In this document: positions 1-9,159 of the stretch, one piece after another | Layout: every line of letters starts with the position of its first letter | Numbering within the stretch: position 1 is the first letter of the stretch | NCBI GenBank assembly: GCA_947852905.1 | Contig: CANTVF010000005.1 | Span: forward strand, 44,053-108,052 | Source: an uncultured Tidjanibacter sp. | Lineage (GTDB): Bacteria > Bacteroidota > Bacteroidia > Bacteroidales > Rikenellaceae | Direction of reading: 5' to 3' | DNA length: 64,000 nucleotides | The notes under the pieces: model-generated | What the model was told of the DNA's origin: nothing | Databases searched by the model: none | What the model saw: only the letters and a program-made list of their open reading frames with translations | Position numbers and translations under genes: made by a program

Positions 1-816
1 TTATCCTATCACTACATCAAACCACAACTACTTCAAATACGATTGCTGGGAATTTTCGCTGTTACTTATTCTATTACTGCATCAAACCACAACACCTCGC
101 CTTTCATGGTCGTAGTGGTAACGGCTGTTACTTATTCTATTACTACATCAAACCACAACTCACTCCTTGGCACAGGAGCAAACATTGCAGCTGTTACTTA
201 TTCTATTACTACATCAAACCACAACCCAGACAGCGACACCCGTATGACGGCCAGTGTTGTTACTTATTCTATTACTACATCAAACCACAACTCCGAGGAA
301 TTAGGTTTATCTCCTGATTCTGCTGTTACTTATTCTATTATTACATCAAACCACAACACTCAGCACCTATATATCAAGTAGGAAAGGCTGTTACTTATTC
401 TATTATTACATCAAACCACAACGGCGCTTCTTTAATAGGTACTGGCGCTAAGCTGTTACTTATTCTATTATTACATCAAACCACAACCGCGACATCAAAC
501 AAAACACCGGATCTCGAGCTGTTACTTATTCTATTATTACATCAAACCACAACTATAATGAATACGAAGAGAATGACCGCGAAGCTGTTACTTATTCTAT
601 TATTACATCAAACCACAACTGAGTTGCAGATAATAATTGACACTTGAAGGCTGTTACTTATTCTATTATTACATCAAACCACAACATACCGTTGCATTGA
701 TTGAGCGCCCAATTAGCTGTTACTTATTCTATTATTACATCAAACCACAACTACTATTCGTTTACCTTCATCTTCGGCTAGCTGTTACTTATTCTATTAT
801 TACATCAAACCACAAC
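1..816 (-). CRISPR. Type II-C CRISPR array: 36-bp repeat (minus strand GTTGTGGTTTGATGTAATAATAGAATAAGTAACAGC), 12 full repeats + 1 truncated, 12 spacers of 29-30 bp
   Basis: Repeats at 58-93, 124-159, 190-225, 256-291, 322-357, 387-422, 452-487, 518-553, 584-619, 650-685, 716-751, 781-816; degenerate partial repeat at 1-28. Degeneracy increases leftward and the tracrRNA pairs with the minus-strand 5' half, so transcription is on the minus strand. The array may continue left of the window. Confidence 0.98.
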
Positions 817-953
817 GACTGGAACGCTGATAATTGATTCTCTGTTGGTTATGTGTGCGATGCGTGGAGAGAAAATCGTGTCGGAGGATCCGGCGAAGTG
901 TGTTTGATGCTGTTTTCCCGAATGTCAAAGAACGTCGAAGTGTAGCGAAGGTA
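817..953 (-). promoter_or_regulatory. CRISPR leader between cas2 and the first repeat
   Basis: Non-coding gap adjacent to the invariant end of the array; a TACCTTCG -7-like box on the minus strand lies immediately downstream of the cas2 stop codon. Confidence 0.75.
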
Positions 954-1292
954 CTAAAAAAATTCTAATTGTTGCGGAAGTTCCGGTCTGTTGCGTTCCG
1001 TTTTACCCCAGAAGTTCATGATTTCACCGTATTGTTTGTCCGTTACGCTAAGTATGCTTGTGTAACCGGCCGGAGGCATCGATTTGCGTACCCGGTTGAT
1101 GTGTACCTGCATGTTTTCTTTCGAGGCACAGTGCCTTACATATACCGAGTATTGCATCATCGAGAAACCGTCTTTCTCAAGCGCCTTGCGGAATTGTACT
1201 GCATGGCGACGTTGGGTTTTGGTATTGGTCGGCAGGTCGAAGAATACGAATAGCCACATGATTCTGTATGCATTTAGGCGCAGTTCCGTCAT
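954..1292 (-). CDS. cas2: CRISPR-associated endoribonuclease Cas2
   Basis: MWLFVFFDLPT...GFSMMQYSVY Cas2 motifs; likely start MTELRLNAY at 1292, just after the cas1 stop. Confidence 0.96.
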   Translation of the reverse strand: MTELRLNAYRIMWLFVFFDLPTNTKTQRRHAVQFRKALEKDGFSMMQYSVYVRHCASKENMQVHINRVRKSMPPAGYTSILSVTDKQYGEIMNFWGKTERNRPELPQQLEFF

Positions 1293-1297
1293 ACGGA

Positions 1298-2185
1298 TTA
1301 TTCTAATAGTGGGTATGCGATCTTTTTCTGTGTTCCGGCAAAGCATTTGGCCAATGATGCAGAAGTGAATGTCAGTCCTACGTCGAGCGGGCGCAATATC
1401 TTTTGGAAACGTGTATCGGTAAACAGAATGCGTAGCAGTTCGCCTTTGACATCTTTCGTAAGTCGTACATTACCTTCAGAACAGAGCCTGTAGACCGTCT
1501 CGTCCACGTAAGGTCTGTAAGGTTCCATAATGTCGTCCGCCAGTGGAAAGGCGTTATACCTGTTGCGGTGGAAAATGCCGAATGCCGGAAACAGTCCCGA
1601 TCCCATGAGCGATCTGGCTACTGCTGCACGTAATATGGTGTAGCCGTAATTAAGAAGATTGTTGGGCGGGTACCCTTCGCGGCTGCGTATGAAGTCTTGT
1701 CCGAACAGTTCCGCCCAATATATTCTGGCGGCGGCGCCTTCTCGGTTGTCCGTATCGCCGCTTTTTACGTTTTGGTAATAAGGCTTTAGTCTGTCGCCGT
1801 CCTTACCCAGTTTATTCAGCAGTGCGGACTGATTCCGGATTTTCGCTTCGACGGTCTGGCGCCACAGTCCCTTTTTCAGCGGCTCGCCGGCCTCCATTTG
1901 TGCTCTGTATGTTTCGCTTTGCGTCCGGTTGGAATCGAGATTTTGCAACATGGCATTGGGCATGCGGTTGCCGTCGCAGAAAATGACCGCGACGTTATTT
2001 GCCGAGAGCGCGTTGAGCAAAGGTAGCGTGACGGAAGTCTGCTGATGTTCAAGTATTACTACTCCTATGTCTTCTATAGGTATGCTTCGGTACGCATCCG
2101 GCGCTTCTTTCGTTCTGACTATCATTTGGTCGTTGTGCAGACTGAGGCAGAATGGGGTCGAGAAGAACAGCGTGCGTTTCAGCAT
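1298..2185 (-). CDS. cas1: CRISPR-associated endonuclease Cas1 (type II)
   Basis: IPIEDIGVVILE, NREGAAARIYW, NNLLNYGYTILR, LADDIMEPYRP motifs; 295 aa. Confidence 0.98.
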   Translation of the reverse strand: MLKRTLFFSTPFCLSLHNDQMIVRTKEAPDAYRSIPIEDIGVVILEHQQTSVTLPLLNALSANNVAVIFCDGNRMPNAMLQNLDSNRTQSETYRAQMEAGEPLKKGLWRQTVEAKIRNQSALLNKLGKDGDRLKPYYQNVKSGDTDNREGAAARIYWAELFGQDFIRSREGYPPNNLLNYGYTILRAAVARSLMGSGLFPAFGIFHRNRYNAFPLADDIMEPYRPYVDETVYRLCSEGNVRLTKDVKGELLRILFTDTRFQKILRPLDVGLTFTSASLAKCFAGTQKKIAYPLLE

Positions 2186-2190
2186 GGCGT

Positions 2191-5100
2191 TCAGCGTTTG
2201 AATTTTATTTCACCCGTTACGCTCAAATCGAAATCATAGCCTTCGACAAGCATATTGAAGTTTGAGACGCTCAAGCGTAATTTGGGCGATGGTTCGGAAG
2301 CTACGAATCGGGAAGCTCCGGCGCCGCAAATCTCTTTGAGTGCAGTCTGGTCGCGAGCTTCTTGATGGAAAAGAAATTGCGCTCGCCCTTCAACAGACAT
2401 AACGGTTAATTTATACAGCCTTTTCACAAGCTCTTTTTCCGAGCATTCGTACAATTCTTCGGCCGAGTGTTCGTAGAAGAGCACCATGGTGCCTGTCTTG
2501 AGTATGTATTTCAATCCGTAGCCTTTGGCATCGGTCAGAGGTACGAGGTCGGGACGCGACGTTTTGTCGGCGCTTTTCTTGAAATACTGGGCGGCCTCGA
2601 TCGTACTGACGATCTCGAACGATCGCTTGCATTGTCCTTTTCTGTCGGTTCCTTCGTAAATGGCCATGCAGTAGTTGCTGCCGTAGGATACATAGAAGGG
2701 GCGTTTGTACTCCATGGCGGATTGGTCGCGTTGCAGTTTCTGCCCCAACGGTTTCGGCGACATGGTTTGTCCGGCATAAATCCTGACTTTTCGGATAGGC
2801 ACGCGTTTGGCTTCGTTCATCCATATCGTGTAATTTTCCGTATCCATGGCCGTTTTGAAACCTACGGCCTCTGTAGCTTCCTGCACTTTGGCCCTGACTG
2901 TATCGTCTACGATTTTGGCCACATCCGACTGTTGCAGTTGCGGCAGAGCTTTGCGCACGACGTATTTTATGTCTTCGTCGCGTCGTACCGCTCCGTAGAA
3001 CGTTTGCAAATGCAGTGCTCCGCGTGCCGTGTCGCCCTGCATGTATATGACATTTCCGTTTTTGTCGCGCTTTATTTTGCCGCGGACGCGCAGTTTTTTG
3101 CGTGTCTGTTTCGGCATATTGTCGGGAGTATGGTGGGCGACGAGCAATTCGTCGGCAACGGCCGCGACGTCCTCCGTAAATGTAGGCCACGGTTTTTTGA
3201 AATGCGGTTTCGGTCCTTCGCCGCGTTTGTAACTCTCCTCTTCGCCGGCATACTGCGCCCACTTGTCGTATTCTCTGCGGCCGATGCATGCTATGGTAAT
3301 GGCGTCGATGCAGTGGTGTACATGATTGATACGCTCTTTTTTCGTGTACTCTTTCTGCAATCCCCATGCCGTGCGGAAGGCGCTGGTAGTCGCGCCTTTG
3401 ACTATGTAGATACGGTCGAAAACGGTGTTGAGGTACATGCGGGCGTATTTGCCTATTATACCTATGTCTACGCCTTGCCTGTTGCTGAATCCTTCAGGAA
3501 TCTCGGTCATGGTGAACCGGGCGCATTTGTCGCGCCAATAGTCGCGGTGCAGTTCCAGATAGTGGCGGCGTATTATGGCGTTGTCCTTATCCTGTTTCGT
3601 CGACGCATTTTTACTGCGGCGGATTTGATATTCGATTTGCATTTGCAGGTCGTCTGCTTTTTCCAGCCAGCCGAGCGATTCTATGCGATTCGTTATTTCG
3701 TCGTGGTTGGGTAGTTCTGCCGGCAGTTTGTTGCGCTTTATGCGGCGGTTGAAGTCTATTTCGCACAAGGTCTTGTTCGCTTGCGAGTCGTCGCCTCCGC
3801 GCGAGCGTGGAACTGTATGCTCGATGTCGAAACGGGAAGATCCTCCGATGAAATCTGTTATGGAGATATGTTGTTTGTCAGTATCCGTGTATAGGCATAT
3901 GTGTCCTTGTTCTTCCCACAGTCTGTATTTGAGGATGTCTTCGCCCGACGGGGTTATCTCCTTGCCCGTGGCATCGGCATAGAGTTGTCGGATCTCGTCC
4001 GCATAACGTCTGTTTTCTGCTTCGCGTTCCCTCTGGTATTGTTCTATGGCCTTGCGCATGTTGGCGTTGTTGAGTCTGCGCGAGAATTCTATGTTTATTT
4101 TAGTGTGACGGTCTATTTTGCCTTCGCGTAACAGGGCGTTTATCAGTGCGCGCAGTCGGAACAGCGACCGCATGGCCATGGGATTTCGTACTGCCGGCGT
4201 GCGCGGCGATCCCAGAAGGAACAGGCCGTTTTCGTCTGGTTGCGCTTTGGGGTATGTGTCGATCATGGACGGATGGTATATGCGCGCGAGGCGGGAGTTG
4301 TCTATGTCGAGACTGTTGCGCAGATAGTCGCATATGCATTGTTCCTTCGTCGACTGACTGTTCAGAGGGTTGTCCCAGAAGTCTTCGAGTATCTCCAGTA
4401 TGTCGTTTTCGGTTTCCCGGCGCCGGTTATCGTCGGCGTAGATGTGCGGCGGCAATACCGCTTTCAGATTGGCCATGAAGACGGCTTCGTCGTAGCGGTA
4501 TCCACGGCGCAGGTACGGGAGTATTTTGTTAATCGCATTCAGGCTTAGCGATGCGTATTGCTGCGGCACTCTTATCGAGGCGAAACTCTTCGCTTCGTCT
4601 TCGGATAGCCGTAGCTTTTCCTTGGCCCAGTCGCAGAGCTTGTCGTCGTCGTCGAACGAGAACAGTGCGTGCCATACGTCGTTCAGAATATTGTCGTCGC
4701 TTTTACCCTCGCCGAGAGTGTAACGTTCCGTTATGTTGCGGAGCCAGTCGTTGCCGAATACGGATATCAGAGATGCCGTGACCGGACATCCGGAGACTGT
4801 CGAGGTACGTGCGAAGTTGAAACGGTATGGGGCATCGCTTTTCTCGCCTTTGCAGGCATATTGTCCCTTGCCGGCGATTTTTTTCGCTATCTCATCGAAG
4901 TCGAAATGGGGTTTGCTCTTGCGCATGAACAGCGGCGATATCGTTTCGATTTCCCGTTCCGACAGAGGACGGAAGTCCGTATCGCCCGGAGCGAGGATGC
5001 GTATGTTATTGATGTACGACAACATGCGGAACTCCTCGAAACGTGGATGCGATACCGGGCAACGGCTTTTATTTTTCTCGAACTTACATTTTCCGACCAG

Positions 5101-5856
5101 ACCTTTTTGCGATTTCAGCGGTCTTTGGTAGAATATGGCGCGTTCGAGCGCACGGCACAGATCGTCCGGCAGGGCTTGTCGGGTGCATATGGCTTTGAAT
5201 TCGTGCAGGTAGTGTTCGTTGCGCGATGTGTATTTCTTGCGGATATTTTCGCCGTTGTTGTAGAGCATGTAGAAATATTCGCCCAGATATTCGCATCCGG
5301 CGGCGGCCATGTCGGCCGAAAGGTCGCTGATGCCTTGTTTTACCTTTCCCTCTTCGCTGTCGTTGCCGGTCTCTTTGCGGTTGCTGATGAATCCGCGGCG
5401 TTGCGCGATATGATACATGGCGCGTCCTATGGCATGGCGGTCTTTGCGGTGGTGGAAATCGAGTGTTTCGGTCAATGCTCTGAAACGGTCGTGATACGGA
5501 TTTTTGCCCGTATTGTCATCGGTACGTTGCCATTGCATGAACTCTTCGTTCTGCGGGTATATTTTCTCCTTGCGCCATTTGTCGAGTTGTTCTTCGGTCA
5601 GACCGGGGCACATGTCGTATTTTATGAGTACCTTCAATACTTCTATTTTGCGCAGCCGGCGGCGGAAATAGTGACGGCGCAAGGCGCGTGCTGCCGTGCG
5701 GTCCTGTACTGCGGGTTTCTCGGAATTCTTGTCGCGTGCGACGCCTTCCTGAAATATGTCTACGCCTCTATCTAAAAGTTCGTACTCGTCGTCGTGCTGT
5801 TCCACTATCGCCCAGCCGAGAGAGTTGGTGCCTAAGTCGAGTCCCAATATCTTCAT
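2191..5856 (-). CDS. cas9: Type II-C CRISPR effector Cas9, 1221 aa
   Basis: RuvC-I MKILGLDLGTNSLGWA (true start 5856), Arg-rich bridge helix, RuvC-II INIEFSR, HNH DIEHTVPRSRGGDDSQANKTLC..FNRRIK, RuvC-III NHVHHCIDA. No csn2 or cas4 in the locus, hence II-C. Confidence 0.98.
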   Translation of the reverse strand: MKILGLDLGTNSLGWAIVEQHDDEYELLDRGVDIFQEGVARDKNSEKPAVQDRTAARALRRHYFRRRLRKIEVLKVLIKYDMCPGLTEEQLDKWRKEKIYPQNEEFMQWQRTDDNTGKNPYHDRFRALTETLDFHHRKDRHAIGRAMYHIAQRRGFISNRKETGNDSEEGKVKQGISDLSADMAAAGCEYLGEYFYMLYNNGENIRKKYTSRNEHYLHEFKAICTRQALPDDLCRALERAIFYQRPLKSQKGLVGKCKFEKNKSRCPVSHPRFEEFRMLSYINNIRILAPGDTDFRPLSEREIETISPLFMRKSKPHFDFDEIAKKIAGKGQYACKGEKSDAPYRFNFARTSTVSGCPVTASLISVFGNDWLRNITERYTLGEGKSDDNILNDVWHALFSFDDDDKLCDWAKEKLRLSEDEAKSFASIRVPQQYASLSLNAINKILPYLRRGYRYDEAVFMANLKAVLPPHIYADDNRRRETENDILEILEDFWDNPLNSQSTKEQCICDYLRNSLDIDNSRLARIYHPSMIDTYPKAQPDENGLFLLGSPRTPAVRNPMAMRSLFRLRALINALLREGKIDRHTKINIEFSRRLNNANMRKAIEQYQREREAENRRYADEIRQLYADATGKEITPSGEDILKYRLWEEQGHICLYTDTDKQHISITDFIGGSSRFDIEHTVPRSRGGDDSQANKTLCEIDFNRRIKRNKLPAELPNHDEITNRIESLGWLEKADDLQMQIEYQIRRSKNASTKQDKDNAIIRRHYLELHRDYWRDKCARFTMTEIPEGFSNRQGVDIGIIGKYARMYLNTVFDRIYIVKGATTSAFRTAWGLQKEYTKKERINHVHHCIDAITIACIGRREYDKWAQYAGEEESYKRGEGPKPHFKKPWPTFTEDVAAVADELLVAHHTPDNMPKQTRKKLRVRGKIKRDKNGNVIYMQGDTARGALHLQTFYGAVRRDEDIKYVVRKALPQLQQSDVAKIVDDTVRAKVQEATEAVGFKTAMDTENYTIWMNEAKRVPIRKVRIYAGQTMSPKPLGQKLQRDQSAMEYKRPFYVSYGSNYCMAIYEGTDRKGQCKRSFEIVSTIEAAQYFKKSADKTSRPDLVPLTDAKGYGLKYILKTGTMVLFYEHSAEELYECSEKELVKRLYKLTVMSVEGRAQFLFHQEARDQTALKEICGAGASRFVASEPSPKLRLSVSNFNMLVEGYDFDLSVTGEIKFKR

Positions 5857-5933
5857 ATGTCTTCGCTTCTTTTTCGTAAATTTATGGCAAAAGATCGTGA
5901 CTTTCAAATTTTTTTTGATTATATTTGTATCGT

Positions 5934-6022
5934 AAGTAATTCTACATCTTACCACAATAAGGCTATATGCCGAAGGTTTTAATGCCTATGTCTCCGCGTA
6001 CTTCCGTGGAGACACTTTTTTT
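5934..6022 (+). ncRNA. tracrRNA
   Basis: Anti-repeat TAATTCTACATCTTACCACAAT (5937-5958) complementary to the repeat 5' half; nexus hairpin GGCTATATGCC (5961-5971); further hairpin; 9-bp stem terminator 5990-6013 with U-tract 6016-6022; TATATTTG -7 box at 5920-5927. The 5' end is approximate. Confidence 0.9.
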
Positions 6023-6279
6023 GTGATGCATACTGGCCGTAGTATATTCCGTTTCGTCCGAAACAGTGTGAATCGTATGCTTATGGTAAAAATAAATCCT
6101 CTGTCCGATGAATTTGGGCGGAGGATTGTTTTTCGGTGTCAGCAACCGGTGCGGTTTTGGTTTTTCAGGTTGTTATTATATGAGTTGACTGGAGCGGAAA
6201 GACAGTCCCGGATGAAAAACCATACTTGTCGGGATATTGCTGACAAGTACGTTTTTCGTCGACTGCTTAATTCCTAAGT

Positions 6280-7584
6280 TTAATTGCTTGATTCCGTTTT
6301 CGGATTTTCGGGATCCTCTGTCTTGTTATTCAATTGCATACACTCGATGTCGCGGATATAATATATCCCGTCGAAAATATTGAGCCAATGACCTTGGATC
6401 AAACTCAATGTTGGCAATGCCGGAAATTCGAATACTGTATTCCGGTAGCCGTCGAGCCATCTCAAACTTTCAAAATCTATGAATGCGTAAGGAGCATCGT
6501 CTGTAAAGCGAGCGATCTGCTGTTCCAATTTGCCGGATTGAAGTCCATCGGTACGATTCAACGAAGTAACTGCAATAGAATATACTTCATTACCCAAAGC
6601 ATGAAAAAGGTTCTCTCCCAATAAATTGAAGTAATAACCGGTTGAATTGTCATATATGGCTTGCGAACCGTCTTTTTCAGCATGCATATTCGCACACCAG
6701 ATAATCAACTTTTCTTCGGGGAAATTCTTTCTGTACCATAATACGTTTTCAGCCATTGCCTTGTCTCGTATCTGTATTCGCATGGAACCGAGAAGACCGC
6801 TGAATACTCGATATTTAAGCCGAGATGAAAAATCGAAAAAATTACGATCCATATTTATGAGCCATTGTTTCATTGCGCTCAAATCGGTAGTATTTCCGTA
6901 AATGTCTATCAGATAATCGACTCGGTTTCGGATAGTATTCAATATGGAAATATATTCTAATTGTTCTTCGAAGGTTATGGATTCCGGATCGGTCACATAA
7001 TTTATTAATTGCATCCATAAAATACTTAATCGATCCCAGGAAATGTTAAAATCGTCTGTTGGGGGATAACTATCTAATATTTGCTGTGCAATAAGAAGAT
7101 CATAACCTAAAATATCGCAATCCATACCTAAGAATTTAAAATATCCGCTATCGAGCATTTCCAGAATCGGGTCGATAGACTCACGATGCATAATCCAAGG
7201 GGTGAAAAAAAGCAGATCTTCAGAAGTAAGCATATCGCCTGACGGCAAACGGCCGAAAGCATATCCGGACAACATCGGCGCCATTTCGAATACCAATGTT
7301 GTAAAACCGCATTCATGCAGTTTACGCAACAAGCCGATTCGTGCTGTGGTCGATGTGATATCGAAGTGCATCTGCTCTCCCAAAATGACGATGGACTTGT
7401 CCTTCACGATTTCTTCGATAAAATTCCATTGGTCGTCGTCTTGCATGGCTATGGCATTTCGAGCGATATTCTCTTCGGCAGAAAGCGTATCGCTCCATGG
7501 AATGACTGTATTGTTGCGATTCTGCTGCCCCAATGCCGTGATGCACAGCAAGCTGAATAATAAACCGATAATTCCTCTTCTCAT
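6280..7584 (-). CDS. Secreted erythromycin esterase-family protein
   Basis: Signal peptide; LGEQMH...R...GFTTLVFE, FLGMD, RDKAMAENVLW and KLIIWCANMH match the Ere-family motif order. Confidence 0.8.
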   Translation of the reverse strand: MRRGIIGLLFSLLCITALGQQNRNNTVIPWSDTLSAEENIARNAIAMQDDDQWNFIEEIVKDKSIVILGEQMHFDITSTTARIGLLRKLHECGFTTLVFEMAPMLSGYAFGRLPSGDMLTSEDLLFFTPWIMHRESIDPILEMLDSGYFKFLGMDCDILGYDLLIAQQILDSYPPTDDFNISWDRLSILWMQLINYVTDPESITFEEQLEYISILNTIRNRVDYLIDIYGNTTDLSAMKQWLINMDRNFFDFSSRLKYRVFSGLLGSMRIQIRDKAMAENVLWYRKNFPEEKLIIWCANMHAEKDGSQAIYDNSTGYYFNLLGENLFHALGNEVYSIAVTSLNRTDGLQSGKLEQQIARFTDDAPYAFIDFESLRWLDGYRNTVFEFPALPTLSLIQGHWLNIFDGIYYIRDIECMQLNNKTEDPENPKTESSN

Positions 7585-7930
7585 AATTTTATTGGTTCAA
7601 TAAAAACAACTTTTTTATCCATTGCATGCTCCGACAATGCAGAAACGTATCAATGGTCATGATTCCGATGTAGGAATGCTTTCTGCGGAGCGTAAATGTA
7701 GGGACTTTTATTCATGGCCATGCCTGCCGGTGGTCTGCGGTTTACGATGTGCGAAGTATATTTTCAAATGTAATGAATTATCCTGTGGATGCCGATAGTT
7801 GTGTGGCATAAATCGATAATGATAATTGAAAATCACACATGACGGTTGTCGATGAAATCTTGGCCTGTTTACAATCCGTTTCGTCGAGTGATGTTTATGA
7901 CATGGCCGATCGCAGTAAAATAAGGACTGT

Positions 7931-8091
7931 GTGTCATAACGGGCAATCTGCTGCGCTTTTATCGTCAAGCTATCTAAGTCATTTACCTTACGAAACTTCT
8001 GTCGCCCTCTCACTCACTGCCGTGTATTTTAACCGTTTTCACATATCTGAAAGGGGTTGCGTCAAAACGTCAAGTTTTGATGCAACCCCTT
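7931..8091 (-). repeat. ~160-bp palindrome-capped element, copy A (IS-end/MITE-like relic)
   Basis: Inverted repeat AAGGGGTTGCGTCAAAAC (8051-8068) / GTTTTGATGCAACCCCTT (8074-8091); its reverse complement aligns by eye with 12911-13072 along the whole length. Confidence 0.75.
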
Positions 8092-8125
8092 GTTTTTGTA
8101 TCGTAACAGGGCAGGGTTTGGCTTT

Positions 8126-8944
8126 TCAGAGTTTCATAGTCCAAGACCGGCAACCGTCGGGAGCTTCGTATGTCGGACGGTCGTCGAATATGCCGTATAT
8201 CGCGGAGCCGGAGCCGGACATAGAGGCATATACCGCACCTGCGTCATACAGTGCGGATTTTATTTCACGCAATAACGGATAGTGTTGGAAAACCGTTTCC
8301 TCGAAGGCGTTTTCTATAGTCGCTTTCCATGTTTCCATGGGGGCGGCGATCCTTTCGGCGAGCGGTGTCCGGGCTGTACGGGGCGTTACTCCGGCATAGG
8401 CTTCGGCAGTGGATACGAAGACCGGTGGTTTCACTATCGTGAGCCAGCGGCCTTCGAGACCGATATCTATCGGCGACATCTTTTCTCCTCGACCTGCGCA
8501 TAGCGCCGGCCTATCGTAGAGGAAGAATGGCACGTCGCTACCGAGTTCGGCGGCCATGGATTCCATTTCGGTGTCGGAAACGTCGAGGCCGAACAGCTGT
8601 ACTATTGATCGCAGTGCGAAAGCTCCGTCGGAGGAGCCGCCTCCCAATCCTGCTCCGAAAGGAATGACTTTGTGTAGGTGTATTCGGGCGGGGTCTATGC
8701 CGTAGCGTCTGTTCATGATCTCCCACGCCCGGATCACTATATTGCGGTCGGCAGTGCAGTCGAGCGTAAGACCCGACGAAGTGTAGACCGTATGTGCCGG
8801 CGGTACTTCGAGACTGAGCATTTCGAGACTGTCGCACAGACCGTGGACGGGATACATGACCGTTTCTATGTCATGATAGCCGTCCGGGCGGCGCGCGATT
8901 ATTTCGAGTCCGATGTTTATTTTACAGTGCGGAAAGGTTATCAT
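8126..8944 (-). CDS. ispE: 4-diphosphocytidyl-2-C-methyl-D-erythritol kinase
   Basis: MITFPHCKINIGL start; IPFGAGLGGGSSD GHMP motif; SMSGSGS. Confidence 0.96.
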   Translation of the reverse strand: MITFPHCKINIGLEIIARRPDGYHDIETVMYPVHGLCDSLEMLSLEVPPAHTVYTSSGLTLDCTADRNIVIRAWEIMNRRYGIDPARIHLHKVIPFGAGLGGGSSDGAFALRSIVQLFGLDVSDTEMESMAAELGSDVPFFLYDRPALCAGRGEKMSPIDIGLEGRWLTIVKPPVFVSTAEAYAGVTPRTARTPLAERIAAPMETWKATIENAFEETVFQHYPLLREIKSALYDAGAVYASMSGSGSAIYGIFDDRPTYEAPDGCRSWTMKL

Positions 8945-9159
8945 TATGGTAAGTTCAGGTTTGTAACGGCGCAAAGTTATGTATAAATATTTTTTATCGG
9001 CACCTTTCACGGTGTGAATTAAGCGAGTATTTCCTTCGGCGGCGGTCGTGCGGCGGGCTGCGTCGTTGTGGCTGTTTGGGGTTAATTTGATAACTTTGTA
9101 CGGTCGTGCGGAGCGGAAGCGTTGCGGCCGCTTCGTCGTGACGGAAAATATTCAGCCGT

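Noticed and set aside
488-517. Spacer containing ACATCAAAC, identical to 9 nt of the repeat
   Set aside because: Too short to distinguish from chance. No spacer match elsewhere in the window was noticed, but the search was by eye only.
43-837. ORFs 43..381 and 637..837 with repeated AVTYSITTSNHN
   Set aside because: Translation of 66-bp CRISPR repeat-spacer units, not proteins.
2411-5775. Long ORFs overlapping cas9 (2411..3367, 2467..3714, 4669..5775)
   Set aside because: Shadow frames of a GC-rich coding gene with no recognisable motifs. The same applies to the antisense ORFs over secA, acrB, sdaA, aroC/aroA and recQ.
5857-5955. 33-aa N-terminal extension of Cas9 in the ORF track
   Set aside because: Overlaps the promoters and tracrRNA; the RuvC-I motif starts at Met 5856.
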